DNA of 32,000 nt from an uncultured archaeon. GTDB lineage: Archaea; Asgardarchaeota; Jordiarchaeia; Jordiarchaeales; Jordiarchaeaceae. This document shows, in pieces, positions 20,055 through 29,704 of this stretch; position 1 is the first letter of the stretch; every line of letters starts with the position of its first letter. The translations under genes and the position numbers were made by a program. Where the stretch lies: assembly GCA_964510585.1 (NCBI GenBank), contig CAZECW010000150.1, forward strand, positions 1-32,000, given 5' to 3'. The notes beneath the pieces were generated by a model. That model did not search any database, was not told the origin of the DNA, and was given only the letters and a program-made list of their open reading frames with translations.

Positions 20055-21251
20055 TTAGTCTCCTCGAAGTCCTTTACGCAACTCTTTTTCTAGCTCTGGA
20101 ACTATTTTGAATAGATCTCCAACCACACCATAGTTTGCTATTTTCAGAATGGGAGCATCAGGATCCTTATTAATGGCTACTATTATGTCTGAAGTTTGCA
20201 TACCTACAAGATGCTGAATCATACCCGAAATTCCGACCGCAATGTAGAGTTTGGGAGCAACTGTCTTGCCGGTCTGGCCTACCTGATGCATATGGGGCAG
20301 CCAATTTTCATCTACTACCGGTCTTGAACAGCCCAAAGCGGCGTTGAGAGTCTTAGCTAGAGCTTCAACCACTGGTATGTTTTCTGGTTTTCCAATTCCG
20401 CGTCCGCAGGAAACTATAATGTCTGCTTCCTCTAGATTAACACCCTCCGAAACTTCCCTAACCACATTGACAACCTTAGCCCTAATGATTCTGGGGTTGA
20501 TATTCGCTTCAACCCTAATAACTTCACCTTTTCTACTGGGGTCGGGTGGCGCTCTTTTCATAACGTTGGGTCGAACAGTAGCCATCTGGGGCCGCGTGTA
20601 TCTTGAAAGAATTTGAGCCATAATATTGCCACCGAATGCAGGTCGAGTCTGTAAAAGCAAACCATCGTCAGTTATGTCTAAGCCTGTACAGTCTGCGGTT
20701 AAGCCGACCCTTAGTCTGGCTGCTACTCTGGGTGCTAGGTCGCGACCGTTAAGTGTGGCTCCATAAAGCACTATGGAAGGCTTATACTGGGATATTACTG
20801 CAGTGAGCAAAGTGGTGTAAGCGTCGCTATTGTATCTTTCGAGAAGTTCATTTTCAATTAAGTAAACTTTGTCTGCACCATGAGCGATAAGAGTGTCTGA
20901 TAGGTTGGACACATTTTTTCCTATCAGAACTGCTGCGAGTTCCTGTCCCAGCTTGTCTGCTAGTTTTCTTCCTTCACTCAGGAGTTCCAGTGCCACGTTT
21001 TTTATTTTTCCTTCACTTTGCTCGGCATATACCCATACTCCTTTATATTCCGCTAGGTTTATTTCTGCGCGTTTAGGTCTTTCAATAATTATGGCTTGGG
21101 CGGGGCAGGACTTTTCGCAGGCACCGCAAAGATTACAGGCTGCTGTTATTTGAGCTTTTTCGTTAACTACTTCAGCTGCGCCGAAGGGGCATATTGAGAC
21201 GCAAACTTTACATCCAGTGCACTTATCTACTATAACTCGAATCATTTTCAC
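20055..21251 (-). CDS. etfA: Electron transfer flavoprotein alpha subunit with an N-terminal 2[4Fe-4S] ferredoxin domain
   Basis: CTGCKVCVSICP and CNLCGACEKSCP; GLTADCT, RPQMATVRP, QVGQTGKTV, GISGMIQH, INKDPDAPI. Confidence 0.95.
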   Translation of the reverse strand: MKMIRVIVDKCTGCKVCVSICPFGAAEVVNEKAQITAACNLCGACEKSCPAQAIIIERPKRAEINLAEYKGVWVYAEQSEGKIKNVALELLSEGRKLADKLGQELAAVLIGKNVSNLSDTLIAHGADKVYLIENELLERYNSDAYTTLLTAVISQYKPSIVLYGATLNGRDLAPRVAARLRVGLTADCTGLDITDDGLLLQTRPAFGGNIMAQILSRYTRPQMATVRPNVMKRAPPDPSRKGEVIRVEANINPRIIRAKVVNVVREVSEGVNLEEADIIVSCGRGIGKPENIPVVEALAKTLNAALGCSRPVVDENWLPHMHQVGQTGKTVAPKLYIAVGISGMIQHLVGMQTSDIIVAINKDPDAPILKIANYGVVGDLFKIVPELEKELRKGLRGD

Positions 21252-22069
21252 TTCACCTTTTCCCTGAGTTTCTTTATTATGGGTTCTTCAAGTAGTAGCT
21301 GGGCTAGTTTCTTGGCGGCGACCGCAGGATCCTCTTCCTTAATGATTATTCCGCCTCCTCTCTGTTTTGGGGTGAATATTCGCACAACCTCTGTGAAGGA
21401 GCCACTCAAACCGTATGACTGGGGTTCTCCCCCTATGCTTGCAAGGTTGAGTTCCTTAATTTCCTTCTTCTTGGCGAGCATTATTTCTCTGAGTGCCGGA
21501 ATTCTAGGTTCATTTAAACCTTTAATAGCGGTCAAAAGGACTGGCAAGCGGCTTTCAATGACTTCGTAGCCTTCCTCAGTTTCCCTATGAACCGTTATTC
21601 GTTTTTTCTCTGTATCGATTTCAACCTTCTTAACATAAGTGATGGGAGTTATTCCCAAGTTCTCAGCCAGTTCTGGTCCTACTTGGGCCGTGTCGCCATC
21701 AATTGCTCTTGCTCCACATAATATTAAATCGTACTCCATTTTTTTAATTGCCTGGGCAAGTGTGTAGGCGGTCGCCCAAGTATCCGAACCAGCGAATGCT
21801 CTATCTGTAAGCAGAATTCCTTTATCTGCACCCATCGCTAAACATCTCAAGAGCGCCTGTCTAGCTTGTGGCGGACCCATTGTTATCACTGTAACTTCTC
21901 CTCCATGTTTTTCTTTTAGCCTCACCGCTTCTTCCACAGCAATTTCGTCGAATGGGTTAACAATAGAAGGTACTCCTTCACGTATTAGTGTATTAGTCTT
22001 GGGATCTATCTTGACTTCGGTGACTTCGGGCACCTGCTTAACACAAACTATTATCTTCATTTTTGCCAA
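21248..22069 (-). CDS. etfB: Electron transfer flavoprotein beta subunit (start may be ATG 22060)
   Basis: IIVCVKQVP, NPFDEIAVEEA, DRAFAGSDTWAT, AIDGDTAQVGP, NEPRIP. Confidence 0.96.
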   Translation of the reverse strand: MAKMKIIVCVKQVPEVTEVKIDPKTNTLIREGVPSIVNPFDEIAVEEAVRLKEKHGGEVTVITMGPPQARQALLRCLAMGADKGILLTDRAFAGSDTWATAYTLAQAIKKMEYDLILCGARAIDGDTAQVGPELAENLGITPITYVKKVEIDTEKKRITVHRETEEGYEVIESRLPVLLTAIKGLNEPRIPALREIMLAKKKEIKELNLASIGGEPQSYGLSGSFTEVVRIFTPKQRGGGIIIKEEDPAVAAKKLAQLLLEEPIIKKLREKVK

Positions 22070-22560
22070 TCCTCTATTACTCTCATCTATTTAACACGCC
22101 TGTCTAGGGTAAAAATTTCGGTGTTTTGCTATCCAATCCTTTTTTTCCAACTTAAAATTTTTGGAGGTTGTACAGTAATCACAACTCAGAAACTAACACC
22201 TTCTAGAAAATTTTAAAAATATAATACTCTAAAAACTCTTATACACTTCGCAACGGTAAATCTTCCCAGTGTTGTACTACCTTTAAGAAAAGCAGTTCAA
22301 ATAAGGGTTCATTCCCCCGCAATCAGCTTTATCTAAAAAGCCCAAACAATTCGTCCTTTCTAAATAGAACTCTTACCACACCATTTTTATCACGCGATAA
22401 ATGCATTCAAACCATAAATTTAAAAGATACAAATCTTCCAGCTTCCAACAGTAAAGAATAAATTTGCAAAGTTTTCATAAAATATCCTTAGATATGGACT
22501 AAACTTACAAAAAAGCACCCGAAGTAAAAGTAAAAGTAAAACATTCTAGGAGGAATAAAA

Positions 22561-22896
22561 ATACCGAAAATCACAGATAAATTCCTAATAAAAGAACTGG
22601 GAATCGACGACCTAAAAACCACAAAGAAGAAGATCATAGAAGCAGTGACCGAATTAGTCAACAGCTATGAAACCCTCTGGGACCTCCTGATGGGCTGCGT
22701 AAGAAGTCCAGAATGCAAAAAAGACCACGAATTAGAAATAGCTGATGTCATCGAAGAAGCAATAGGCACCGACTGCGACAGCGTCCACGACTTAGAGGAA
22801 GAATACTACGAAGAGTACGAAGAGGAAGAAGAGGAAGAAGAAGAGGAAGAGTACGAAGAGGAAGAAGAGGAAGAAGACTACGGGGATGAGGAGTAA
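22561..22896 (+). CDS. Small hypothetical protein with a poly-Glu/Tyr acidic tail; probable ATA start
   Basis: The frame of ORF 22645-22896 is open back to a TAA at 22537; AGGAGGA at 22548-22554 precedes ATA 22561 (MPKITDKFLIKELGIDD...). Confidence 0.65.
   Translation: MPKITDKFLIKELGIDDLKTTKKKIIEAVTELVNSYETLWDLLMGCVRSPECKKDHELEIADVIEEAIGTDCDSVHDLEEEYYEEYEEEEEEEEEEEYEEEEEEEDYGDEE
22810..22877 (+). repeat. 36-nt period tandem duplication within a GAA/GAG-rich tract
   Basis: gaagagtacgaagaggaagaagaggaagaaga occurs at 22810 and 22846. Confidence 0.8.
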
Positions 22897-22966
22897 ACTA
22901 CTTTCTTTTAATTTTTTATGAGTGCTAATTTTTCTCGATATTTAACTCATGTGTTTGGACTACAAA

Positions 22967-24202
22967 TTATGTAACCTCTGGTTTTGTTTCATGTTCACAA
23001 TATTCGTCTCCTTTGGCAACACATTTTACTTCCTGTGTTGAGCACTTCCTTCCAGTTAGTATTTCGTAGAGTCCGGATATTATTCCGCTAAACCAGAATC
23101 CTATGGGTTTTCCAAAGTTTTGGAATTGGTTGCATATGGGGGAGTTTAAATGTTTTGTGCGGAGCATGTTAGTTGTATCATTGAGTTCGCCAATGAATCG
23201 GCCGAATCCTCTTAGTGAATTAAATTTAGTGTATATTGGTATCGCTTCGCTTAGACTTGGTTTGAATTGTCTCATGAAGTCTTCAACCACTACTCTGCTT
23301 CTCTTTTTGCCTTGATTGTAGATTATTTTGTACGTTTCTTCGTAGCCGAATTTTTCTATCATGGTCTTGATAAATTGTGCCATGTATCTGGTTTCACTTA
23401 TAATCACTCTTGCACCTAAAAGTTCAACCACACCTCTTTCAGGCATCTTTAGGTGTTGCTTCATTCTGTGAAATTCTTCCATTATTTCTGTGCTTAATTC
23501 GATTCCTCTTCTCCCCACATTATAGAGAATGAGGTCGTCTACATAGTCCAGTGTGGGTGATTTGGAGACTCTGAGAAATCTTTTATAACTATTGTCCACC
23601 TCAAATATTTTAAGCTCAACAACATAATCAAAGATGTGCTTTAATGTGCTTATTATCGTGTCATCTAACATAGACTTGTTAAAAACGAAAAGCGATGTAC
23701 CAAACTCACTTAGTAGAATCTTACTCTTGTATATCCAATTAATAATTTTGTCTACATCCCTCCCTTTTGACAGCATAATGTTGCTCAAATAACACACATT
23801 AAAGCTATGCTCATATTTCTTCATGAATCGAATAGTCCCATGGAGATAAACGTCAAGATGAAGAATATCTCTTGGATCATCGATGATGAACTTTTCTTCG
23901 GATTGGAGTTTTTCGTACATGTTGGTGAAGCCGTCAACCAGGAAAAACTTTTTTTCCTTCTCAAATTCTTCAAACCTAGAATTAAAAAACTTTAACCATT
24001 CCCTAATCCGCATTGGTGGTAAATCGAGGTCCAGAATTAATCCATAGTCTCCTTTTTTTAATCTAAAATCCATTATCTGCAAGGGCAAAATCTCACCCAT
24101 AGTTCCGGTTTCAGTTAACAGTAGGACTTGGGCATTCTTCTCAAAACCGCCTCGTGTCAAAAAATCGAAGGCAGGAATGCCTGTACTTAACAACTCCATC
24201 AC
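22967..24202 (-). CDS. Inactive KaiC-like ATPase domain fused to a C-terminal V4R domain
   Basis: LSTGIPAFDFLTRGGF, degenerate Walker A TETGTMGE, HIFDYVVEL..RFLRVSKSP; V4R with RGFG, NSPIC, EVKCVAKGDEYCEH. Confidence 0.85.
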   Translation of the reverse strand: MMELLSTGIPAFDFLTRGGFEKNAQVLLLTETGTMGEILPLQIMDFRLKKGDYGLILDLDLPPMRIREWLKFFNSRFEEFEKEKKFFLVDGFTNMYEKLQSEEKFIIDDPRDILHLDVYLHGTIRFMKKYEHSFNVCYLSNIMLSKGRDVDKIINWIYKSKILLSEFGTSLFVFNKSMLDDTIISTLKHIFDYVVELKIFEVDNSYKRFLRVSKSPTLDYVDDLILYNVGRRGIELSTEIMEEFHRMKQHLKMPERGVVELLGARVIISETRYMAQFIKTMIEKFGYEETYKIIYNQGKKRSRVVVEDFMRQFKPSLSEAIPIYTKFNSLRGFGRFIGELNDTTNMLRTKHLNSPICNQFQNFGKPIGFWFSGIISGLYEILTGRKCSTQEVKCVAKGDEYCEHETKPEVT

Positions 24203-24255
24203 TATTCACCCAGGAAGCAAGTAAAAACTCGAGCCTACATTTTCACCTATAGCTT

Positions 24256-25518
24256 TCATACCCGTGAATGTTTTACGATAAATTCGCAATAATCATCCCC
24301 CTTTGCTACACATTTTATCTCTTCACACACGTAATGATCTCCAGTAAAGATTTCGAAGGCCCCCGCTATTAGTCCCGCCCTGAGCCAACCAGTAGCCTTA
24401 CCAAGACCTTTGAAATGTGAACAGAAAGGAGAATTTGCAACTCTAAACCTGTAACTATTTGTTTTTTCGTCAAATGTGAAGTCTGTGGCCCCCTGTCCCC
24501 AGAGCTCTGTTAGTTTAGCCAATGATTCAGCCGCCTTTTTAAGATCAGTTATTTTGAACTGCTCCCTGAAATCTTTAACTAATGGAAAGCCAACTTTTCC
24601 CTGATGGTACATAAACTTACTGGCCTCCTCGTATCCGAACTCTTCTATCATCATTTCAAAAACCATAGGATAAAATTTTGGGTCCTGAATAATCACTCTC
24701 GATTCTAGAAATTCGAGGACGCCTTCTTCTAGCATTTTCAATTGTTGACTTATATAATCGAAATCCTCAACGGTTTTAGTACTCAGAGCAAATCCTGTGG
24801 GTCTTATCTCGTATGGAACAAAATCATCTCGATAAGTAGGAGATGGTGATTTAACCACCCTCAAATACTTCTGAAACTTTCTGTTCACCTCAAATATTTT
24901 AATGTCTAAAACGTAGTCGAACATATGCTCTAGGATTTTTTGGCTTCTTTCTTCCAGCATACCCTTATCTAAAACAAAGATACACAAGCCGAGCCGGCTA
25001 AATCTTGTTATCGCTTGATAAATGAAATTTATGACCTTGTCCAGTTGCCGTTTCCTAAATAGGAACAAGTTGCTGGAAAACACAAGAATACAAACATTGG
25101 GTTTTCGTTGCTCAATTATTTGTGAAAGTTCAGATAAGTAAGCATTGATGTGGACAATGTCTCTAGGTTTTTCTATTATATGTTCTTCGTTAGAGAGGGG
25201 CCCCTCGTACATCCTCGTAAAACCGTCTATCATAAAAAACCGTCTATCTTTTTCCAACTCTTCAACGTTGAACTTTTTAAATTTAAACCATTCCCTAATT
25301 CTATTTGTGGGAATATCAAAATCTATTATGAAACCCGTATCCCCCAGAAATAATCTATTAGCAAACAAGTTAAGAGCCACTATCTCTCCCATGCTTCCCG
25401 CTTCGATCAAAAAAAGAACAGAGGAATGCCTGAGAAATCCACCGCCACTCAAACCATCTATTTCTAGATTCCCTGAACTAACTAATTCCACAAGGTTCCC
25501 CCTTTTGGAAGCTATCAC
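24256..25518 (-). CDS. Inactive KaiC-like ATPase domain fused to a C-terminal V4R domain (tandem paralog)
   Basis: VSSGNLEIDGLSGGGF, IEAGSMGE, HMFDYVLDI..KYLRVVKSP; V4R with WGQG, NSPFC, EIKCVAKGDDYCEF. Confidence 0.85.
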   Translation of the reverse strand: MIASKRGNLVELVSSGNLEIDGLSGGGFLRHSSVLFLIEAGSMGEIVALNLFANRLFLGDTGFIIDFDIPTNRIREWFKFKKFNVEELEKDRRFFMIDGFTRMYEGPLSNEEHIIEKPRDIVHINAYLSELSQIIEQRKPNVCILVFSSNLFLFRKRQLDKVINFIYQAITRFSRLGLCIFVLDKGMLEERSQKILEHMFDYVLDIKIFEVNRKFQKYLRVVKSPSPTYRDDFVPYEIRPTGFALSTKTVEDFDYISQQLKMLEEGVLEFLESRVIIQDPKFYPMVFEMMIEEFGYEEASKFMYHQGKVGFPLVKDFREQFKITDLKKAAESLAKLTELWGQGATDFTFDEKTNSYRFRVANSPFCSHFKGLGKATGWLRAGLIAGAFEIFTGDHYVCEEIKCVAKGDDYCEFIVKHSRV

Positions 25519-26035
25519 TCTTACTCCTCTATATAGAGAACAATTAAATAATATAAAGATACTTACTAACTAATTCTTTTCAATTTGGAAATATTAAGGC
25601 TAGGGGTGTTATGTGAATTATGGTTTAATATGTTTTTCTTGGGTGTAGAAGATTTTTGTCGCAAAATCGTGTTTGGGTGTTCTAAGTCATCTTTCAGCTG
25701 GAGTCTGACTTGTCTTCCGGTGAACAACTTTTGTTCCCGTTTTGCAAGAAGGCGAAATATTAAGCCTTTTCCGGGAGGGGGAAAATTAAAAAGTCCTCTC
25801 ACCTAGGAGACAGAAAACTGCTCCAATCCAAAAAGTGCATTTAATTCTTTTATTCCTTCTTTTTTCTTGTTATACTGGTGAGAATGGGTTTATGCAGTCT
25901 CGGAGGATCCCCACCTGACTATAACTGATTGGGTGTTAGAAATCAGTCTTGAAAAATGTGTAGAAAATACTGTTTGTCCTGGGAATTGTTGGAATCAAGG
26001 TTGCAGAATGGTTAATTATTAGCTAAATGTCAAAT

Positions 26036-26917
26036 TTATTCTTTGGGATTTCTACTTATTTCTTTTTTGATTTGTTGCAGTTTTTGTGCTACATCTTCCT
26101 TAAGTGAGTAGGAATATTCTTCTGTGGGAAAAAGCTCTTTTTCTACTTCCTCCTTGTACTGTAGCACCGCGTTTTTAATGGCTTCTCTTACATTTCCGAA
26201 CCTTTTTACAAATTTTGGTTTAAAGCCCTGGTTAATCCCTATGGCATCATGCAATACCAAAACTTGTCCGTCACAGTGGATACCCGCGCCTATTCCTATG
26301 GTGGCAGCTTCCACTGATTCTGTTATTAGCTTAGCAACCTGCCAGGGTATCCCCTCAAGCACAATCGAGAAGACGCCCGCCTCATCTAGAGCCTTTGCAT
26401 CTTCAAGTAAAGCTTTTATTGCCCTCTCAGTTCTGGCCTGAACCTTATGACCTCCAAAAATATGTATGGATTGTGGGGTGAGTCCGATATGCCCCATTAC
26501 TGGAACACCAAGGTTGAGAATCGCCTTCACCACTTCTATTATCCTTTTTCCACCTTCCGGCTTAACGGCTTCGGCTCCACCTTCCTGAACTAGACGCATA
26601 GCGTTTTTCGCAGCAATCTCGGGAGTTATGCAGGAGCCGAAAGGCATATCTCCCACAAGTAAAGCGTACTGAGTTCCCCTCCGTACAGCGGCTGTGTGTC
26701 TCACCATATCTTCCATTGTTACGGAAAGAGTATCTTTATATCCCAAAACATTGTTTCCTAGAGAGTCACCCACCAGAATTATGTGTACTCCTACCTCGTC
26801 CAAAATCTGAGCTGTGGGAGTATCATAGGCGGTTAGCATAACGATTTTTTTACGCTCCTCCTTCATTCTCTTAATATCAAGCACAGTTATTTTTTCTCGT
26901 TCCATTAAAACCATCAA
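26036..26917 (-). CDS. panB: 3-methyl-2-oxobutanoate hydroxymethyltransferase
   Basis: MLTAYD, LVGDSLG, GDMPFGS, MGHIGLTPQS, TIGIGAG..CDGQVLV. Confidence 0.97.
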   Translation of the reverse strand: MMVLMEREKITVLDIKRMKEERKKIVMLTAYDTPTAQILDEVGVHIILVGDSLGNNVLGYKDTLSVTMEDMVRHTAAVRRGTQYALLVGDMPFGSCITPEIAAKNAMRLVQEGGAEAVKPEGGKRIIEVVKAILNLGVPVMGHIGLTPQSIHIFGGHKVQARTERAIKALLEDAKALDEAGVFSIVLEGIPWQVAKLITESVEAATIGIGAGIHCDGQVLVLHDAIGINQGFKPKFVKRFGNVREAIKNAVLQYKEEVEKELFPTEEYSYSLKEDVAQKLQQIKKEISRNPKE

Positions 26918-27253
26918 CCTACTTCACTCTTTAAATTAAGAAAAAATAAGATCACCTTAAAAAATGTGCTGTACAAAAATATTTGCGTATACTTCTCAGA
27001 TCAAGAACTGTATGTCTTGGCAACATTTCTCTTTGCTATGAAACATATTTTCTTCCTTCACTCGTAGAAACATATGTGGAAGGGTTTGTGTAGAACGATA
27101 AAGACCAGAAGGGATGCAGAGGCAAAACTTTATTTATGAGCGAGAAGCAGATTGAAAACATATTTTTGATTCAAAAACTCTTAACCGTTATATCTTACGA
27201 AAAAATTATATCCTCTCTGAAGAATTGTCTCTTGCGAGTTTATAACACTTTTT

Positions 27254-27261
27254 AGGAGGTG
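27254..27261 (+). promoter_or_regulatory. Shine-Dalgarno site of hdrA
   Basis: AGGAGGTG 8 nt before the in-frame ATA at 27270. Confidence 0.75.
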
Positions 27262-27269
27262 TTTAAAAA

Positions 27270-29213
27270 ATATCTGAGAAAAGCGATATACGCATAGGTG
27301 TCTTTGTCTGCGGCTGAGGCACTAATATATCAGGCGTTATCGATGTGAGAGCGTTAAAAGAATACGCTTCTACACTAGCAAACGTTGTTGTGGCTGAGGA
27401 GTCAACTTCGCTATGTACAGAAGCAGGCGCAAACCTCATCAAAAAGAGCATTAATGAAAATAATTTGAATCGTATAGTAGTGGCGTCCTGCACTCCAATA
27501 ACCCATGAATCAGTGTTTAAAGCAGTGCTGGAGGATGCGGGGCTAAATCCTGGATTGCTTGAATTCGTAAACATACGGGAACACGATGCATATGTTCACA
27601 GGAATCAACCGGAAGAAGCTCTGGAGAAGGCTAAAGATCTAATCAGAGCCGGCGTGGCTCGTGCAAACTTTCTTGAAGAGATCCCCACAAGAGTAATACC
27701 CGTGGAGAGAAAATCTCTCGTTATTGGTGGAGGAATTTCAGGAATTCAAGCAGCTTTGAACCTTGCAAATGATGGTTTTGAAGTCTTTCTAGTTGAAAAG
27801 AGCCCTACCATAGGAGGAAAAATGGCTCAACTAGACAGAATCTTTCCAACGGATGACTGTGCGATATGAATTCTAGGTCCTAAAATGCTTGAAGTAGCAA
27901 GAGAACGTAATGTTAAATTATTAACCTACTCAGAAGTGGAGAAGATAGAAGGGTACTTGGGTAACTTTAAGGTGACAATTAAGAAGAAACCTAGGTACAT
28001 CATCGCTGAAAAATGCAATGGTTGCGGTGTCTGTGAAGAGGTATGTCCAGTATTCAGACCAAAAGAGTTTGACGAAAATATGGGAATCAGAAAAGCAATC
28101 TACATTCCTTTCCCCCAAGCAGTGCCCAAAATAGCTATAATCGATATGGAACACTGTATAAAGTGTCGACTCTGCGAAAAAGTGTGCGAATTTAAAGCAA
28201 TTGACTTGGACCAAAAGGAAGAAAAAATAGAGTTAAGTGTAGGTACAATCATAGTCGCAACCGGATATGATCAGTATAATCCAGAAGGAAAATATGGTTA
28301 TGGCAAGTATGAGAATGTCATTACACAGCTTCAACTGGAGCGATTACTTGCACCTAATGGACCAACCGGCGGCCACTTGGTGAAATTATCTGATTTGAAG
28401 AAACCTGAGAGTATTGTTATGATTCAATGTGTTGGCTCTAGAGATTTGAATTCCAATCAGTACTGCTCTGACGTATGCTGTATGGTGGCCATAAAGAATG
28501 CAAAGCTAATAAAGCAGGAATATCCAGACGTAGAGGTAACAATCTGTTACATGGATATAAGGTGCGCAGGGAAGGCTTGGGAAGAATACTATACCAGAGC
28601 GAGAGAATATAACATAAAATTCATTAGGGGAAATGTCGGCTCAGTTAGAGAGAATCCCGAGACAAAGAAATTGATCGTTAGAGTTGAAGATACTCTGAAC
28701 AGTGAGATAAAAAGGATAGAGGCTGATTTAGTGGTTCTTTCAGTTGCAATGGTTCCTTCCAAAGACTCCGAAAGGCTAGCAAGCATCCTGCGCCTAGATA
28801 GAAGTCCAGGAGGTTTCTATAAAGAGAGACACTCGGTGCTTAGTCCAATAGATACTAAGGTTCCAGGAATATACGTTGCAGGCGCGGCTCATGGACCCAA
28901 ATCTGTACCAGAAGCTGTGGCTCATGCCAGTGGTGCAGCTGCTGCAGCAGCGATACCCCTAATTAAAGGTAGGTACACGATAGAACTCGTATCCGCTACA
29001 GTTGATAAAGATCGGTGTAATCTGTGTGAATTGTGCGTAAATGTATGTCCGATTGGTGCAATTACGGTCAAGGATGGTGCTATTGAGATTAATGAGATAA
29101 TCTGTAAAGGTTGTGGTTCTTGCGCTTCGATGTGTCCTTCTAGAGCTATGACTGTGAGGTTTTACAGGCCAAAACAGTTTGAAACGTACATTGATGCTCT
29201 GTTTACAACTTAG
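27270..29213 (+). CDS. hdrA: Heterodisulfide reductase subunit A, selenoprotein with 2 Sec (UGA at 27315 and 27867), 647 aa
   Basis: Single frame: RIGVFVCG-UGA-GTNISGVIDV matches CHCGxNI; DDCAI-UGA-ILGPKM matches DCSICILxPKM; also VASCTP, GGGISG, QCVGSRD, YCSDVCC and four CxxCxxCxxxCP motifs; joins ORFs 27345-27869 and 27885-29213. Confidence 0.93.
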
Positions 29214-29227
29214 TCGGGGTGTTCTTT

Positions 29228-29659
29228 ATGAGTTTAAATTTTGAAGTTTTCACTCCCAAAATTGCTGCGTTCTTATGCTTGAAGTGAGGTTACGGTGCAG
29301 CTGATATGGCTGGAACAATCAGAAGCCAATACCCAACATCAATAAGAGCGGTTAAGGTTAGGTGTTTAGGCATTGTGCATCCTGACTACATACTAAGGGC
29401 TTTATGCAAAGGAGCAGATGGGGTACTTTTAATAGGGTGACGAATAGGAGAATGCGACTATGAAACAGGGAACATATCTGCAACTAAACATGTGGGATAC
29501 TTAAAACAGGTATTGCGTGCTATAGGATTAAGTGAAGAACGTTTGCAAATTTACTACTGTTCCTCAGCAGAGGGATCATTATTCGCTGAAATAATCAAAA
29601 AGGTAACAGAAGTGATCGCGAAACTAGGACCCAATCCAATTAGGCAAACTAAAAGCTAA
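29228..29659 (+). CDS. mvhD: MvhD/VhuD [2Fe-2S] hydrogenase delta subunit, selenoprotein with 2 Sec (UGA at 29285 and 29438), 143 aa; absent from the ORF track
   Basis: Manual translation: MSLNFEVFTPKIAAFLCLK-U-GYGAADMAGTIRSQYP...VRCLG...GADGVLLIG-U-RIGECDYETGN...ERLQIYYCSSAEG...LGPNPIRQTKS-TAA. Confidence 0.95.
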
Positions 29660-29704
29660 GTAGTGTGAGCCTCGTAGGTAAACCTTTGACTATGAGGGGA
29701 CTAC
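29660..29704 (+). promoter_or_regulatory. Eukaryote-type SECIS element (3' UTR)
   Basis: GTAG/CTAC helix I, G-UGAG/GGAC core with tandem G.A pairs, CCTCGTAG/CTATGAGG helix II, apical AAA; begins directly after the mvhD TAA. Confidence 0.8.

Noticed and set aside
16743..21569. Long antisense ORFs opposite the thiolase, acyl-CoA dehydrogenase and etf genes
   Set aside because: Shadow frames of well-supported genes
22801..22893. GAA/GAG repeats as a CRISPR or satellite array
   Set aside because: They encode poly-Glu and have no repeat-spacer structure; no CRISPR array was seen in the window
25566..25806. Short ORFs between the KaiC-V4R gene and panB
   Set aside because: No recognisable homology or convincing translation signals
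27315..29440. hdrA/mvhD as nonsense-mutated pseudogenes, or genome-wide UGA reassignment
   Set aside because: All four interruptions are UGA at conserved Cys sites with a SECIS downstream, while other genes here (SDR, acyl-CoA dehydrogenase, M42) end normally at UGA
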